Made by a program: the position numbers and the translations under genes | IMG/VR virus record: IMGVR_UViG_3300045988_143416 | Span: 1 to 52,181 of that record | Source of the DNA: a virus | Length of the DNA: 52,181 bases | Direction: 5' to 3' (one strand) | The notes under the pieces: model-generated | Database searches by the model: none | Seen by the model: only the letters and a program-made list of their open reading frames with translations | What the model was told of the DNA's origin: nothing | Shown: positions 42,940-52,066 of the stretch, piece by piece | Position numbering within the stretch: the first letter of the stretch is position 1 | How the letters are laid out: each line of letters opens with the position of its first letter

Positions 42940-43152
42940 ATGATATACAATGTTGAAGATATACGCCGTTTTTTTGGTGAGGTGCAAACGATTGAAGCGA
43001 ACAGTCCACTTGAAGCGGCAAAAAAGGCTTATCCCGATTACAAGATTACAAGAAGTTATGACGGTATAGGCGATATAGTGGTAGGCAGATACACAGAGCA
43101 ATATTGGGGCAAAGGTTATAGAACTTATGTTTATAACATTGAGAGAAAGTGA
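42940..43152 (+). CDS. Hypothetical protein
   Basis: 70-aa ORF behind AAGAGGTG. Confidence 0.55.
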   Translation: MIYNVEDIRRFFGEVQTIEANSPLEAAKKAYPDYKITRSYDGIGDIVVGRYTEQYWGKGYRTYVYNIERK

Positions 43153-43156
43153 ACAA

Positions 43157-43333
43157 ATGAAAACTAACGCAAAAATAACTATTTCTCGTAATAGCAATAA
43201 TATAAATCAAATTATTATATCTATTACAGATGATAACTTTAAAAAAGATATTGACATTCTAATTGCTCCTGAACAGTTTGCACTCGCATTAACAGGTTTA
43301 GGTTATCAAGATTGTAATATTGAAAGGTGGTGA
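43157..43333 (+). CDS. Hypothetical protein, 58 aa
   Basis: Start moved to ATG 43157, just after the upstream stop. Confidence 0.45.
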   Translation: MKTNAKITISRNSNNINQIIISITDDNFKKDIDILIAPEQFALALTGLGYQDCNIERW

Positions 43334-43337
43334 GTAA

Positions 43338-43544
43338 GTGAGAACTAAATTAAAACAATTTAGGGTAGGCACAAAACTAACGCAAGCAGAATTTGCCGAA
43401 AAAATAGGCGTAAGCCGTGCAACATATAGTTTTGTTGAAACAGGACAGCGAGGTGGAACACACGAATTTTGGCAGGCAATTCAAGATGTGTTTAATGTGC
43501 CTGACGAGGATATGTATGCACTTCAAAAACTTGATAAGGAGTAG
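43338..43544 (+). CDS. XRE-family HTH protein (Cro-like candidate)
   Basis: GTG start behind AAGGTGGTGA. HTH_3 pattern TKLTQAEFAEKIGVSRATYSFVETG. Confidence 0.7.
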   Translation: MRTKLKQFRVGTKLTQAEFAEKIGVSRATYSFVETGQRGGTHEFWQAIQDVFNVPDEDMYALQKLDKE

Positions 43545-43549
43545 CAACA

Positions 43550-43675
43550 ATGAGAAGCCAAAGAAAAGTAGTTGTAAATCTTATTCAAAGCGAGCAAGTA
43601 CATAATGCAAGGTTAGTAGAATACTTTGCAAATAGAATAAAGGAAAGGGGCGTTGAATATGGCAATAGGAATTAG
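43550..43675 (+). CDS. Hypothetical small protein, 41 aa
   Basis: ATG lies 9 nt after AAGGAG. Below the ORF-track cutoff. Confidence 0.35.
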   Translation: MRSQRKVVVNLIQSEQVHNARLVEYFANRIKERGVEYGNRN

Positions 43676-43829
43676 TCAAGTGACTGTTGAGGTTGATTTA
43701 AAGCGTTATGAACAACTGATACAGGCAGAGCAGAAATTATCAATGTTGGAAATGGCATTATCCCAAAAAGATAATTATTCAAACATTGATGATATAAAAG
43801 AAATTTTCGACATTAAGAAAGGAAACTAA
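43659..43829 (+). CDS. Hypothetical small protein, 56 aa
   Basis: ATG behind AGGAAAGGGG. Stop TAA at 43827-43829. Below the ORF-track cutoff. Confidence 0.4.
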   Translation: MAIGISQVTVEVDLKRYEQLIQAEQKLSMLEMALSQKDNYSNIDDIKEIFDIKKGN

Positions 43830-43832
43830 AAA

Positions 43833-44669
43833 ATGGATAAGGAAATTATCGCAGTAAAGCAGTTGCCAATTATCGTTGAGCAGTTGCACGAAGTCAAAGC
43901 GGAAGTAACCGCAAAAGTTGAACAGGCTTTAAGTCTTGTATGCGCAGAGGACACCGTTAAAGATGTCAAAAAGGTAAGGTCAGAACTCAACAAAGAGTTG
44001 AAAGACTATGAGGAACGCAGAAAAGCAGTAAAAACGGCTATTATGAAGCCATATAACGACTTTGAAGAAATATATAAAGATTGTATTTCCGATACATACA
44101 AAAAGGCTGATACCGAGTTAAAGGGCAAGATTGACAGCGTTGAAAATGAGTTGAAAGAGAAGAAACGCAAAGAAGTATGGTACTACTTTGAGGAATTATG
44201 CGAAGCAAACAGCCTTGATTTTATCACATTTGAAAATGCAAACATCAATGTAACACTTTCGGCAAGTATGAAAAGCCTAAAAGACCAAGCAAAAAACTTT
44301 GTTTTCAAGGTGGTTGACGACCTTAATTTGATTGATACGCAGGAACACAAAGACGAGATAATGTACGAATACAAGCAGTCTTTGAATGTATCAAACGCCA
44401 TTACAACGGTTGCTAACAGATACAAGGCTATTGAGAAAGCAAAGGCGAGAGAGGAAGAACGCAAAGCAAGAGAGCAAGCAGAAGCCGAAGCCGCCGCAAA
44501 GGTTGAGGAAGTTGTTGAAGCAGTAGCACCGCCAACAGTTGAGCCGATTGCACCGCCTGCCCCTGCAAAAGTACAAAAGTTTTCATTTACTGTTACAGCG
44601 TCCGAAAGCCGTATTGAGAAGTTGATTGACTTCTTGGAAAGCGAGGAATTTGATTATGAGCGTATATGA
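43833..44669 (+). CDS. DUF1351-like protein (recombination module partner)
   Basis: 278 aa with a coiled, Ala/Glu-rich region. Located immediately upstream of the Erf-type recombinase, as in many Gram-positive phages. Confidence 0.5.
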   Translation: MDKEIIAVKQLPIIVEQLHEVKAEVTAKVEQALSLVCAEDTVKDVKKVRSELNKELKDYEERRKAVKTAIMKPYNDFEEIYKDCISDTYKKADTELKGKIDSVENELKEKKRKEVWYYFEELCEANSLDFITFENANINVTLSASMKSLKDQAKNFVFKVVDDLNLIDTQEHKDEIMYEYKQSLNVSNAITTVANRYKAIEKAKAREEERKAREQAEAEAAAKVEEVVEAVAPPTVEPIAPPAPAKVQKFSFTVTASESRIEKLIDFLESEEFDYERI

Positions 44670-45285
44670 AAAATTGCTTGATGTTCAAAATGAATTGAAA
44701 GCCCCGAAAAGTCAGTACAACAAATTTGGCAATTACAATTATAGAAATTGCGAGGATATTCTCGAAGCCGCAAAGCCGATTTGTAAAAAGCACAAAGCCG
44801 TTGTTTTTCTTTCCGACAAACTTGTTATGAATGGTGAAAGACATTACATAGAAGCAACCGCAACTTTTGTTGATGTTGAAACAAACGAAACAATCATTGT
44901 TACTGCATACGCAAGAGAGGAAGAAAGCAAGAAAGGTATGGACGGCTCACAGGTCACGGGGGCAAGCAGTAGTTACGCTCGTAAATATGCCTTGAATGGG
45001 CTGTTTGATGTTGACGATACAAAGGACAGTGACGGAAATAATCAAGACGGCAATCAAGCGAATAACGGCAATCAAAAGAAAACAACGAACAAAGCAAAGC
45101 AGGAACAAGATGTATTCTTAGAAATTAACAAGGCAATATCTGCATACAGCAAGCAAAGCGGTATGAAATCAAAAGATGTTGTTGAATACATAGAAAAACA
45201 AATCGGTGAAAAACTTGATAAATCATTGCCAAAAGCAAAGTTAAAAGAGGTTCTTGAAACTATAAAGAGTTGGAGTGCCACCTAA
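44656..45285 (+). CDS. erf: ERF-family single-strand annealing protein
   Basis: KFGNYNYRNCEDILEAAKP and GASSSYARKYALNGLF motifs. Start at ATG 44656. Confidence 0.75.
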   Translation: MSVYEKLLDVQNELKAPKSQYNKFGNYNYRNCEDILEAAKPICKKHKAVVFLSDKLVMNGERHYIEATATFVDVETNETIIVTAYAREEESKKGMDGSQVTGASSSYARKYALNGLFDVDDTKDSDGNNQDGNQANNGNQKKTTNKAKQEQDVFLEINKAISAYSKQSGMKSKDVVEYIEKQIGEKLDKSLPKAKLKEVLETIKSWSAT

Positions 45286-45953
45286 TGAACTACAACATAA
45301 TTTCGACAGGCTCACAGGGTAACGCCGTAGTTGTTAATAATCATATATTGATAGATTGCGGTGTTACCTTTAAGGCACTAAAAGATGTGTATAAAGACTT
45401 GCAAATAGTTTTACTCACTCACATTCATACAGACCATTTCAAACCGCAAACAATAAAACGGCTTGCAGAGGAACGCCCTACATTGCGTTTTGGTTGTTGT
45501 GAATGGTTGGTAAATGACCTTGTAGAAGCAGGAGTACCAAAGCAACAAATTGATGTATTTGAAATAGGCAAGATTTACGATTATAAGGCTTTTAAGGTAT
45601 CGCCTATCAAGTTATATCATAATGTACCAAATTGCGGTTATAGAATATTTGCAAACGGCGAAAAGACTATATATGCAACCGACACGGAACACTTGCAAGG
45701 CATAACGGCAAAAGATTATGACCTCTATATGATAGAAGCGAACTATACCGACGAGGACTTGCAGGAGCGTATCAATGCAAAACTTGAAGCAGGCGAGTAT
45801 AGTTATGAATTAAATGTAGCAAGCCGCCACTTATCCCACGAGCAAGCGAGCGAATGGCTTATGGAAAATATGAGTTTTCACAGTGAGTATGTATTTCTTC
45901 ATCAGCACCAAAGTAAGAAAAAACCGCAAGAGTGGGAGTATGCAGATACATAA
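45285..45953 (+). CDS. Metallo-beta-lactamase-fold hydrolase
   Basis: HxHxDH motif (LLTHIHTDHF). Start at ATG 45285, overlapping the upstream TAA. Confidence 0.75.
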   Translation: MNYNIISTGSQGNAVVVNNHILIDCGVTFKALKDVYKDLQIVLLTHIHTDHFKPQTIKRLAEERPTLRFGCCEWLVNDLVEAGVPKQQIDVFEIGKIYDYKAFKVSPIKLYHNVPNCGYRIFANGEKTIYATDTEHLQGITAKDYDLYMIEANYTDEDLQERINAKLEAGEYSYELNVASRHLSHEQASEWLMENMSFHSEYVFLHQHQSKKKPQEWEYADT

Positions 45954-45990
45954 TGTGTCGGTTTGTTAGCAAAAGAAAGTAGGTGATTAA

Positions 45991-46179
45991 ATGGAAGCTA
46001 AAAAATGTGATAGGTGCGGAAAACTTTATGAGCAAGGAGTACCTAAAATGACACAAATAGGAAAAACATATACATACGGCATAGCGTGGGAATTACATAT
46101 TACTAACAGTTTTATTGATTTGTGTCCTGATTGCTTAAATGATTTTAAAAAATGGTTTGAAATGGAGGCGATTAAATGA
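45991..46179 (+). CDS. Zinc-ribbon small protein
   Basis: Paired CDRCG ... CPDC motifs. Confidence 0.55.
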   Translation: MEAKKCDRCGKLYEQGVPKMTQIGKTYTYGIAWELHITNSFIDLCPDCLNDFKKWFEMEAIK

Positions 46180-46352
46180 CCGCTGATAAAGAGATTGTCA
46201 ATTTGCTAAAGGACATTAAAAAGCAAAACAACACAATCATTAAAATTTTAAGAAATATTGACAATGGTGTTTGTGAAGTAAACGGCTATGATATTGACAA
46301 TGGTGTGAACAAGGAGTTTTTTGGTAATGATAGCGACAGCAAAAATAGTTGA
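46176..46352 (+). CDS. Hypothetical small protein, 58 aa
   Basis: ATG overlaps the upstream TGA, with GGAGG upstream. Below the ORF-track cutoff. Confidence 0.4.
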   Translation: MTADKEIVNLLKDIKKQNNTIIKILRNIDNGVCEVNGYDIDNGVNKEFFGNDSDSKNS

Positions 46353-46974
46353 TTATGACGGCGAATATCTAACTGTAAAGCCCCTTGTTGCTATTGACCG
46401 TGAATTGTTGCAAAAGCAAGTTGATATAATCGAAATCCGCTTGACCGACGGCAGGGAAATATCCGCAGAGCAAAGGCGAAAAATATTCGCAATAGTAAGA
46501 GAAATTGCAATGTGGAGCGGACACGAGCCTGAATACATAAGACAGTATTTAGAGTTTGACTTTAGATTGTTACGAAATTTAGAGCCGTTCAGTTTGTCCG
46601 ATTGTGATATGTCAACGGCAAGGAAGTTTATAAACTACTTGATAGACTTTTGCTTTGAACACGGCGTACCGACAAGAGATACATTGCTCAACAGGACGGA
46701 CGATATAAGCAAATATCTGTACTCCTGCCTTGAACATAGGCGTTGTGCCGTATGCAATGACAGGGCAGATGTTCACCATACAACAGCCGTTGGAATGGGG
46801 CGTAACCGTGATGAAATAAATCATATCGGTATGGAAGCAATAGCATTATGCAGAAAACACCACCAACAAGCGCACGCAGAGGGCAACAAGTTTTTTGAAA
46901 GATACCATATATACGGAATTAAACTTGATGAATACCTTTGTACCGTCTTGAATTTGAACAAAGGGAGTAAGTAA
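46327..46974 (+). CDS. DUF968-like putative HNH-type nuclease
   Basis: C-terminal CAVCNDRADVHH...ALCRKHHQQAHAEG pattern. Confidence 0.5.
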   Translation: MIATAKIVDYDGEYLTVKPLVAIDRELLQKQVDIIEIRLTDGREISAEQRRKIFAIVREIAMWSGHEPEYIRQYLEFDFRLLRNLEPFSLSDCDMSTARKFINYLIDFCFEHGVPTRDTLLNRTDDISKYLYSCLEHRRCAVCNDRADVHHTTAVGMGRNRDEINHIGMEAIALCRKHHQQAHAEGNKFFERYHIYGIKLDEYLCTVLNLNKGSK

Positions 46975-46975
46975 T

Positions 46976-47116
46976 ATGTGGGTACTAAAACAATGTTCGT
47001 GCGGTAGCACAGATTTTTACGACGATTGCGGAACTATGCGTTGTGTAGAGTGTGACAGTGTAGCAGACTTAGCATACATTCCCGAAAAGAAAGAAAGTGA
47101 GGAAAAAGATGATTAA
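46976..47116 (+). CDS. Small zinc-ribbon protein, 46 aa
   Basis: CSCG...CVEC. ATG behind AGGGAG. The stop overlaps the ssb start. Confidence 0.4.
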   Translation: MWVLKQCSCGSTDFYDDCGTMRCVECDSVADLAYIPEKKESEEKDD

Positions 47117-47537
47117 CACGGTAGCATTAACAGGACGCTTGACATATTCGCCTGAACTCAGAACAACACCGAGCGGCGTATCAGTTTTAAGATTTCAAAT
47201 TGCTTGTGATAGAAATTATCAAGCACAAGGGCAGGAAAGGCAAGCAGATTTTATTGACTGCATTGCTTGGCGACAAACAGCCGAATTTATCAGCCGATAT
47301 TTTTACAAAGGCGATATGATAGGCATTGAGGGCAGTATTCAAACAAGCAATTATACAGATAAGAACGGCAACAAGAGAAAACAGGTTGAAGTGCTTACAA
47401 ATAATGTTTCATTTTGCGGAAGCAAACAACAAAGCAACTCAAAGCCTAATTTGAATGTTGCACCGCCGCAATATGCAAGTGCTGATAACAGCGACTTTGA
47501 GGAAATCGTGGACGATGACGACGATTTACCGTTCTAA
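47109..47537 (+). CDS. ssb: Single-stranded DNA-binding protein
   Basis: OB-fold N-terminus MINTVALTGRLT..PELR and an acidic C-terminal tip DDDDDLPF. Confidence 0.9.
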   Translation: MINTVALTGRLTYSPELRTTPSGVSVLRFQIACDRNYQAQGQERQADFIDCIAWRQTAEFISRYFYKGDMIGIEGSIQTSNYTDKNGNKRKQVEVLTNNVSFCGSKQQSNSKPNLNVAPPQYASADNSDFEEIVDDDDDLPF

Positions 47538-47551
47538 AGGAGTGATAAAAA

Positions 47552-48094
47552 ATGCTTGAATATTACTATAATTCAATCCCTGTTGGGCGTGAAAATGCCG
47601 TTACATATCCCACCCTGTGCGAAAAATGGGGTATGAGTGAAAGGCAGGTAAGAAAAAAACTACACGAATTAAGCCGCTTTGACTCGGGCGACAATTTCAT
47701 CATAATTAGGAGCGGTCACGGCAAAGGATTTTACAAGACCGACGATATTAACGAAATTAAAGCCTATAAAAAAGAGATTATGGCAAAGGCAAAAAGCAAC
47801 TTTGCACCGCTCGGCAAAATCAACAGAATACTAAACAGCGATACGGAAGCATTGCAGACAAGCATTTTTAACAATCTTAAAGTAGTGAGATGTCAGCAAG
47901 GCAGATTTCAAAATGAAGTAGTTGAGTATATGCGGAGGTTTGACAAGTCCTTTGATACGCCTATGCTATCAAAGTATGAAAACGGATTTTGCCTGCCTAC
48001 TCCCTATCAGTTGATGAAACTTGCGGACTTCTATCATTGTAAGCCGAGCGACTTAATTTTGATTGATAACAGCGTGCTTGATATTTACGCATAG
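47552..48094 (+). CDS. Putative DNA-binding protein (N-terminal wHTH-like, C-terminal HTH-like)
   Basis: YPTLCEKWGMSERQVRKKLHEL, and a C-terminal region resembling an XRE HTH. Confidence 0.4.
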   Translation: MLEYYYNSIPVGRENAVTYPTLCEKWGMSERQVRKKLHELSRFDSGDNFIIIRSGHGKGFYKTDDINEIKAYKKEIMAKAKSNFAPLGKINRILNSDTEALQTSIFNNLKVVRCQQGRFQNEVVEYMRRFDKSFDTPMLSKYENGFCLPTPYQLMKLADFYHCKPSDLILIDNSVLDIYA

Positions 48095-48126
48095 TGCGTC
48101 ACTTTGTTATCAAAGTAAACTTGATA

Positions 48127-48155
48127 TTGACAAATAATTACTATTTTGGTATAAT
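48127..48155 (+). promoter_or_regulatory. Perfect consensus sigma-70 promoter with extended -10
   Basis: TTGACA, 17 nt (ending in TGG), TATAAT. Confidence 0.6.
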
Positions 48156-48275
48156 ATTCTCGTTGATACAATATGTCGGTATTGTTCAACACAAAATAGA
48201 ATATTGTATCAACACAGGCGTATTGTTTGAAAGTGCCGACACACTTCAAACGGTACGCTATTTTATTAAGAAATA

Positions 48276-48596
48276 ATGGTTATGAAAGCAAAAGAATTAA
48301 GAAAAAAAGCATATAAAGAAAGTAGTTTACCATATTCTTTTAACTATAAAATAAGAAACGCATTTATTGGAAAAAGGTGTCCTGTATGCGGTGTTGTTAT
48401 GGGATATGGTGAATTTGGTACAACTCTTTGTTTTCCGTCAATACAACACAATATACCAATATCAAAAGGTGGCAAACACGAATTAAATAATATATCGGTA
48501 ATTTGTAAAAGTTGCAATGTATCATTACAAGCAAATGAAACAAAGGATTTTAATTCAAAAGAGGTTAAAGAAATATGGCAGAAGTTAAGTGGATAA
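48276..48596 (+). CDS. HNH endonuclease
   Basis: CPVCG ... SIQHNIPISKGGKHELNNISVICKSCN. Confidence 0.75.
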   Translation: MVMKAKELRKKAYKESSLPYSFNYKIRNAFIGKRCPVCGVVMGYGEFGTTLCFPSIQHNIPISKGGKHELNNISVICKSCNVSLQANETKDFNSKEVKEIWQKLSG

Positions 48597-49435
48597 AGAT
48601 ATGCACAGACATATTTGACGACGAAAAAATATTACTCATTGAAAATATGCCCGAAGCCGACGGCATTATAGTTATATGGTTCAAGTTGCTTTGTATGGCA
48701 GGAAAACAAAACAATTCAGGCGTTTTTATGATGAATGAACGAATTGCATATACTGATGAAATGCTTGCAACGATTTTCAGGCGACCTATTAACACCGTAA
48801 GGCTCGCACTAAAGGTATTTGAGCAATACGGAATGATTGAGATTGTTGACGGTGCTATAACTATTCCAAATTGGGAAAAACACCAAAATTTAGATAAGTT
48901 GGAGCAGGCAAAAGAAAAGAACAGGCAAAGGGTAGCAAGACACAGAGAAAAACAAAAGAAACTTGCATTACAAGACAAGTGTAATGATTACAGTAATGAT
49001 GATGTAATGCAATGTAATGCCGACAGAGAAAGATTAGAAGAAGATAAAGAGAAAGATATAGATAAAGATAAGAGGAAGAATATAGATTACGAACAAATCA
49101 AAGATTTGTATAACGATATTTGCATATCGTTCCCTCGTCTAACCGTCTTATCGGACAAACGCAGAAAAGCAATTAAAGCCCGATTACATACATATACCAT
49201 TGAACAATTCAAGCAGATGTTTGAAATGGCAGAGCAAAGCGACTTTTTAAAAGGTGCAAACAATAGAGATTGGAGTGCTAATTTTGATTGGTTGATTAAG
49301 GACGCTAACTTTGCAAAGGTATTAGAGGGCAATTACAGCAATAATACGCCTAACAAAACACAGCAAGGCTATCAAAGACAACAGCCGAGTGGCAATGTCT
49401 TTCTTGAACTTGCAAAAGACGAGGGGATTTTATGA
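48575..49435 (+). CDS. Phage replisome organizer (DnaD-like N-terminal domain plus conserved phage C-terminal domain)
   Basis: N-terminus VKWIKICTDIFDDEKI..IE..P..D...IW.KLL. C-terminal DFLKG...WSANFDWLIK pattern. Confidence 0.75.
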   Translation: MAEVKWIKICTDIFDDEKILLIENMPEADGIIVIWFKLLCMAGKQNNSGVFMMNERIAYTDEMLATIFRRPINTVRLALKVFEQYGMIEIVDGAITIPNWEKHQNLDKLEQAKEKNRQRVARHREKQKKLALQDKCNDYSNDDVMQCNADRERLEEDKEKDIDKDKRKNIDYEQIKDLYNDICISFPRLTVLSDKRRKAIKARLHTYTIEQFKQMFEMAEQSDFLKGANNRDWSANFDWLIKDANFAKVLEGNYSNNTPNKTQQGYQRQQPSGNVFLELAKDEGIL

Positions 49436-49515
49436 GAAAGCAAATAAAATTTGCCACGATATGCACAACGGCGTTAATTGTTGTGATATTAATATCCGAA
49501 ATTCAAATTTATTAA
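49432..49515 (+). CDS. Possible 27-aa membrane peptide
   Basis: ATG overlaps the upstream TGA. Hydrophobic core ICTTALIVVILI. Confidence 0.25.
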   Translation: MRKQIKFATICTTALIVVILISEIQIY

Positions 49516-49526
49516 GGTGATACATA

Positions 49527-49931
49527 ATGACACGAGATGAAACAATTAAAGTGTTGGCGATACTTAAAGCCGCATATCCGAATAGTTATAAAGCAATGAC
49601 TAAAGAGGAAGCAAAAGGAATGATTGCGGTATGGACTATGCAATTTGCCGATATGCCTGCCGATATTGTTTTAATGGCGGTAAACAAATTGATAAGTACA
49701 AATCAATTTCCGCCTACAATAAGCGAGGTAAAGAAAAAAATCAGCACTTTGCATTGGGAAGCATACGATATGATTTGCGATAAGACAACCTCTGCATTGT
49801 TGCAAGATGAAGAACTTGCAAAATATCAACGAATATATGACATAACTAAAAAAATGAAAATTAATACTCATATTGAGCCGACGCTCACAGAAATGATGAA
49901 CGGCGGAACACAAAAGTATTTGAATGGATAA
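49527..49931 (+). CDS. G39P-like helicase loader domain protein
   Basis: The pattern LAILKAAYPN...W...FADMP..IV..AV.K.I....FPPTISEV resembles the SPP1 G39P N-terminal domain. Confidence 0.55.
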   Translation: MTRDETIKVLAILKAAYPNSYKAMTKEEAKGMIAVWTMQFADMPADIVLMAVNKLISTNQFPPTISEVKKKISTLHWEAYDMICDKTTSALLQDEELAKYQRIYDITKKMKINTHIEPTLTEMMNGGTQKYLNG

Positions 49932-50091
49932 AAGCGGTGTGTTGCCTGACTTCTTATCATAATAGTTTGGGTGGGTTAAAAATGCTTGTTTTTAGTAGTA
50001 TTAGGCAAGCGTTCTATTTACTGATTTGAAGTCGGCAAACATCGGGCAACAATTCGGAATTTCCGAACAGTTAATAGAAAGGATAAAGATT

Positions 50092-50229
50092 ATGAAAAGT
50101 TGTAAAAATTGTCCGTTGTTGCATTATTGCCTAACTCAAAAGAGAGAATGGGAAAGTTGCAACGATATGTTACAAAGGTACAATGCAGGGCTGTTGTTAC
50201 CGCCTGAACGATTGGGAGGTACATTTTAA
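50092..50229 (+). CDS. Small Cys-rich protein, 45 aa
   Basis: Start moved to ATG 50092, behind GAAAGGA. CKNC..C motif. Confidence 0.4.
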   Translation: MKSCKNCPLLHYCLTQKREWESCNDMLQRYNAGLLLPPERLGGTF

Positions 50230-50597
50230 TGACTTGTAAAGATTGTTATCACTATGATATATGTTCAAAAAAAGACGGAACGACAAATTTTTATGGAAAG
50301 GAAAGTGCTTGTAGTAATGTTGAAAAATTATGCCAATATTTTAATGACAAATCACTAATTGTTGAATTGCCTTGCAAAATAGGCACAGAATTATTTTTAA
50401 GTGATAATATAATGCAACATCATAGGCTAAAAGAATACAAATTCATAGGTACAAGAGTTGTTATGGTGATTGAATGTTTTGAATTTCAAAGAACTTGTAA
50501 AAGGTTTCTTGACGAACATTTTGGAATAACTGTATTTCTTACTAAAGAAGAAGCAGAAACAAAGTTAAAGGAGCTGAACGGTAATGAAAGATATTAA
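50229..50597 (+). CDS. Hypothetical Cys-rich protein
   Basis: 122-aa ORF. Start overlaps the upstream stop. Confidence 0.55.
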   Translation: MTCKDCYHYDICSKKDGTTNFYGKESACSNVEKLCQYFNDKSLIVELPCKIGTELFLSDNIMQHHRLKEYKFIGTRVVMVIECFEFQRTCKRFLDEHFGITVFLTKEEAETKLKELNGNERY

Positions 50598-50880
50598 AGA
50601 TATTGAATTAAAACAAATGAAAGACCTTAATAATTGGAAAGAAATTACAAGAGGATTGTATCGCTTTGTAGTCGGCACGAGTGCTTGCTATGAAATTCAT
50701 ATCAATATATACGAACACAATACGCCTGTTTTAATGGCAAATGCAAGTTTGTTTTTAGTTGGCGAATGGGTTGACAAAAATGGTGTTAATTTCTTTTCAA
50801 GGGAATGCCTATTAGAAAAACAAAGTGTTTCCGAATGTATTGAAAAAGCAATACAAGATTACAAGGAAAATATGAGTTGA
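50584..50880 (+). CDS. Hypothetical protein
   Basis: 98-aa ORF in a packed, co-oriented gene run. Confidence 0.55.
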   Translation: MKDIKDIELKQMKDLNNWKEITRGLYRFVVGTSACYEIHINIYEHNTPVLMANASLFLVGEWVDKNGVNFFSRECLLEKQSVSECIEKAIQDYKENMS

Positions 50881-50890
50881 GGGAATAGAA

Positions 50891-51169
50891 ATGACAGATA
50901 GAGAGCGTATATATAACCTTGTCAACAAGGTATGTGATTTATCTATTAAAGCAATAGATAAAATAACGGAATTAAAGCAAGAGAACAGCAAATTAAAACA
51001 GCGAGAAGCCAAGCGAAAATTTAGAGCAATGACTTATGATGAATTTTGCAAAAAATTCAATAAGGGTTGTAATGAATGCCCTTTTGAAGATGATTATAAT
51101 TGTATTAAACAAAAAGATTATCCTTGCAAGCCGTATGGCAAATACATATTGATTGAGGTGAAAGAATGA
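50891..51169 (+). CDS. Hypothetical protein
   Basis: 92-aa ORF. Confidence 0.55.
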   Translation: MTDRERIYNLVNKVCDLSIKAIDKITELKQENSKLKQREAKRKFRAMTYDEFCKKFNKGCNECPFEDDYNCIKQKDYPCKPYGKYILIEVKE

Positions 51170-51513
51170 AAGCATATAGGGTTATGGAGCGTGAGGACAG
51201 TTATTGTATTGCCGTAGTTTTCGCAGAAAGTGCAGGAAAAGCAAAGAGTTACGCTCTTACATATATTTTCGACGATGTTAATTATTGCGATTTGATTGCT
51301 AATAGAGTTTCTTTAATCGACAAATATTATCAAAAAAATAAAAAAGAAATGGATTGGACGAACCCGAATGACCGCTTAATACTCGTGAAAGAGTTAGGGG
51401 TACATTGTGCTTTTGATACTGTCGATATTCCCGACTGTCAAAAATGCAGAGCAAAAAATTATTGTGATGTATATGAAGAATATTCCGAACTTCTTAAGGA
51501 GGTAATAAAATGA
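51166..51513 (+). CDS. Hypothetical protein
   Basis: 115-aa ORF. Start overlaps the upstream stop. Confidence 0.55.
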   Translation: MKAYRVMEREDSYCIAVVFAESAGKAKSYALTYIFDDVNYCDLIANRVSLIDKYYQKNKKEMDWTNPNDRLILVKELGVHCAFDTVDIPDCQKCRAKNYCDVYEEYSELLKEVIK

Positions 51514-51830
51514 GCAAGGAGTTGACTAATTTTTTTGCTATTATTGGAATATTATTTTTGATTGTAATAGTTGGATTTACTTTAATCGTAATATTGAGTT
51601 TTATTCAACAAAAAATTGATGAGTTAAAAAACTATTACAGAATTAAACATAGATTTGATAAGCCACCGCTTGCCGATTGTTATTGCATAGATTGCAAGTT
51701 TTACAATCGTGAAAATGAGAGATGTTATATGCTTAACCGAGACACAGCAAATAATTGGTTTTGTTGGAATGCAAAACCGATTGATGTTGAAACGGCAAAG
51801 CAATTAGAAAAGCGAGATAAAAAATGCTGA
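51510..51830 (+). CDS. Membrane-anchored Cys-rich hypothetical protein
   Basis: N-terminal TM helix FFAIIGILFLIVIVGFTLIVILSF. Confidence 0.55.
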   Translation: MSKELTNFFAIIGILFLIVIVGFTLIVILSFIQQKIDELKNYYRIKHRFDKPPLADCYCIDCKFYNRENERCYMLNRDTANNWFCWNAKPIDVETAKQLEKRDKKC

Positions 51831-52066
51831 ACACACCATATAACAGAAAAATACAAAACTTTCTTGAAGAATACATTAACTGCGATACTGACGCTGTTTA
51901 TGTAAACGGAATGATGAAAAAAGAAGCAGTCAAAGAAGCAGTTAGATTGTTGATTGAAGAAAATGTTTTTTTATCCGCTAATGATATGAGGTTACAAGCA
52001 TTAAAAGATTATAACATTTTCTTACCTGCGTGGGTATTTGAAAGGGTAAAGGAAAAAAAGCAATGA
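51824..52066 (+). CDS. Hypothetical protein
   Basis: 80-aa ORF. Its stop overlaps the ATG of the gene that wraps round to position 1. Confidence 0.55.
   Translation: MLNTPYNRKIQNFLEEYINCDTDAVYVNGMMKKEAVKEAVRLLIEENVFLSANDMRLQALKDYNIFLPAWVFERVKEKKQ

Noticed and set aside
48094-48276. 60-aa track ORF (GTG start) between 47552-48094 and the HNH gene
   Set aside because: It has no RBS, and it contains a perfect consensus promoter and two long hairpins. It is better explained as non-coding regulatory or RNA sequence.
50053-50067. 15-bp perfect palindrome TTCGGAATTTCCGAA in the gap before the Cys-rich gene run
   Set aside because: It is a single occurrence with no adjacent promoter elements or repeats that I could link it to. 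It may be a minor operator or chance in AT-rich DNA, and the support is too weak to report as a finding.
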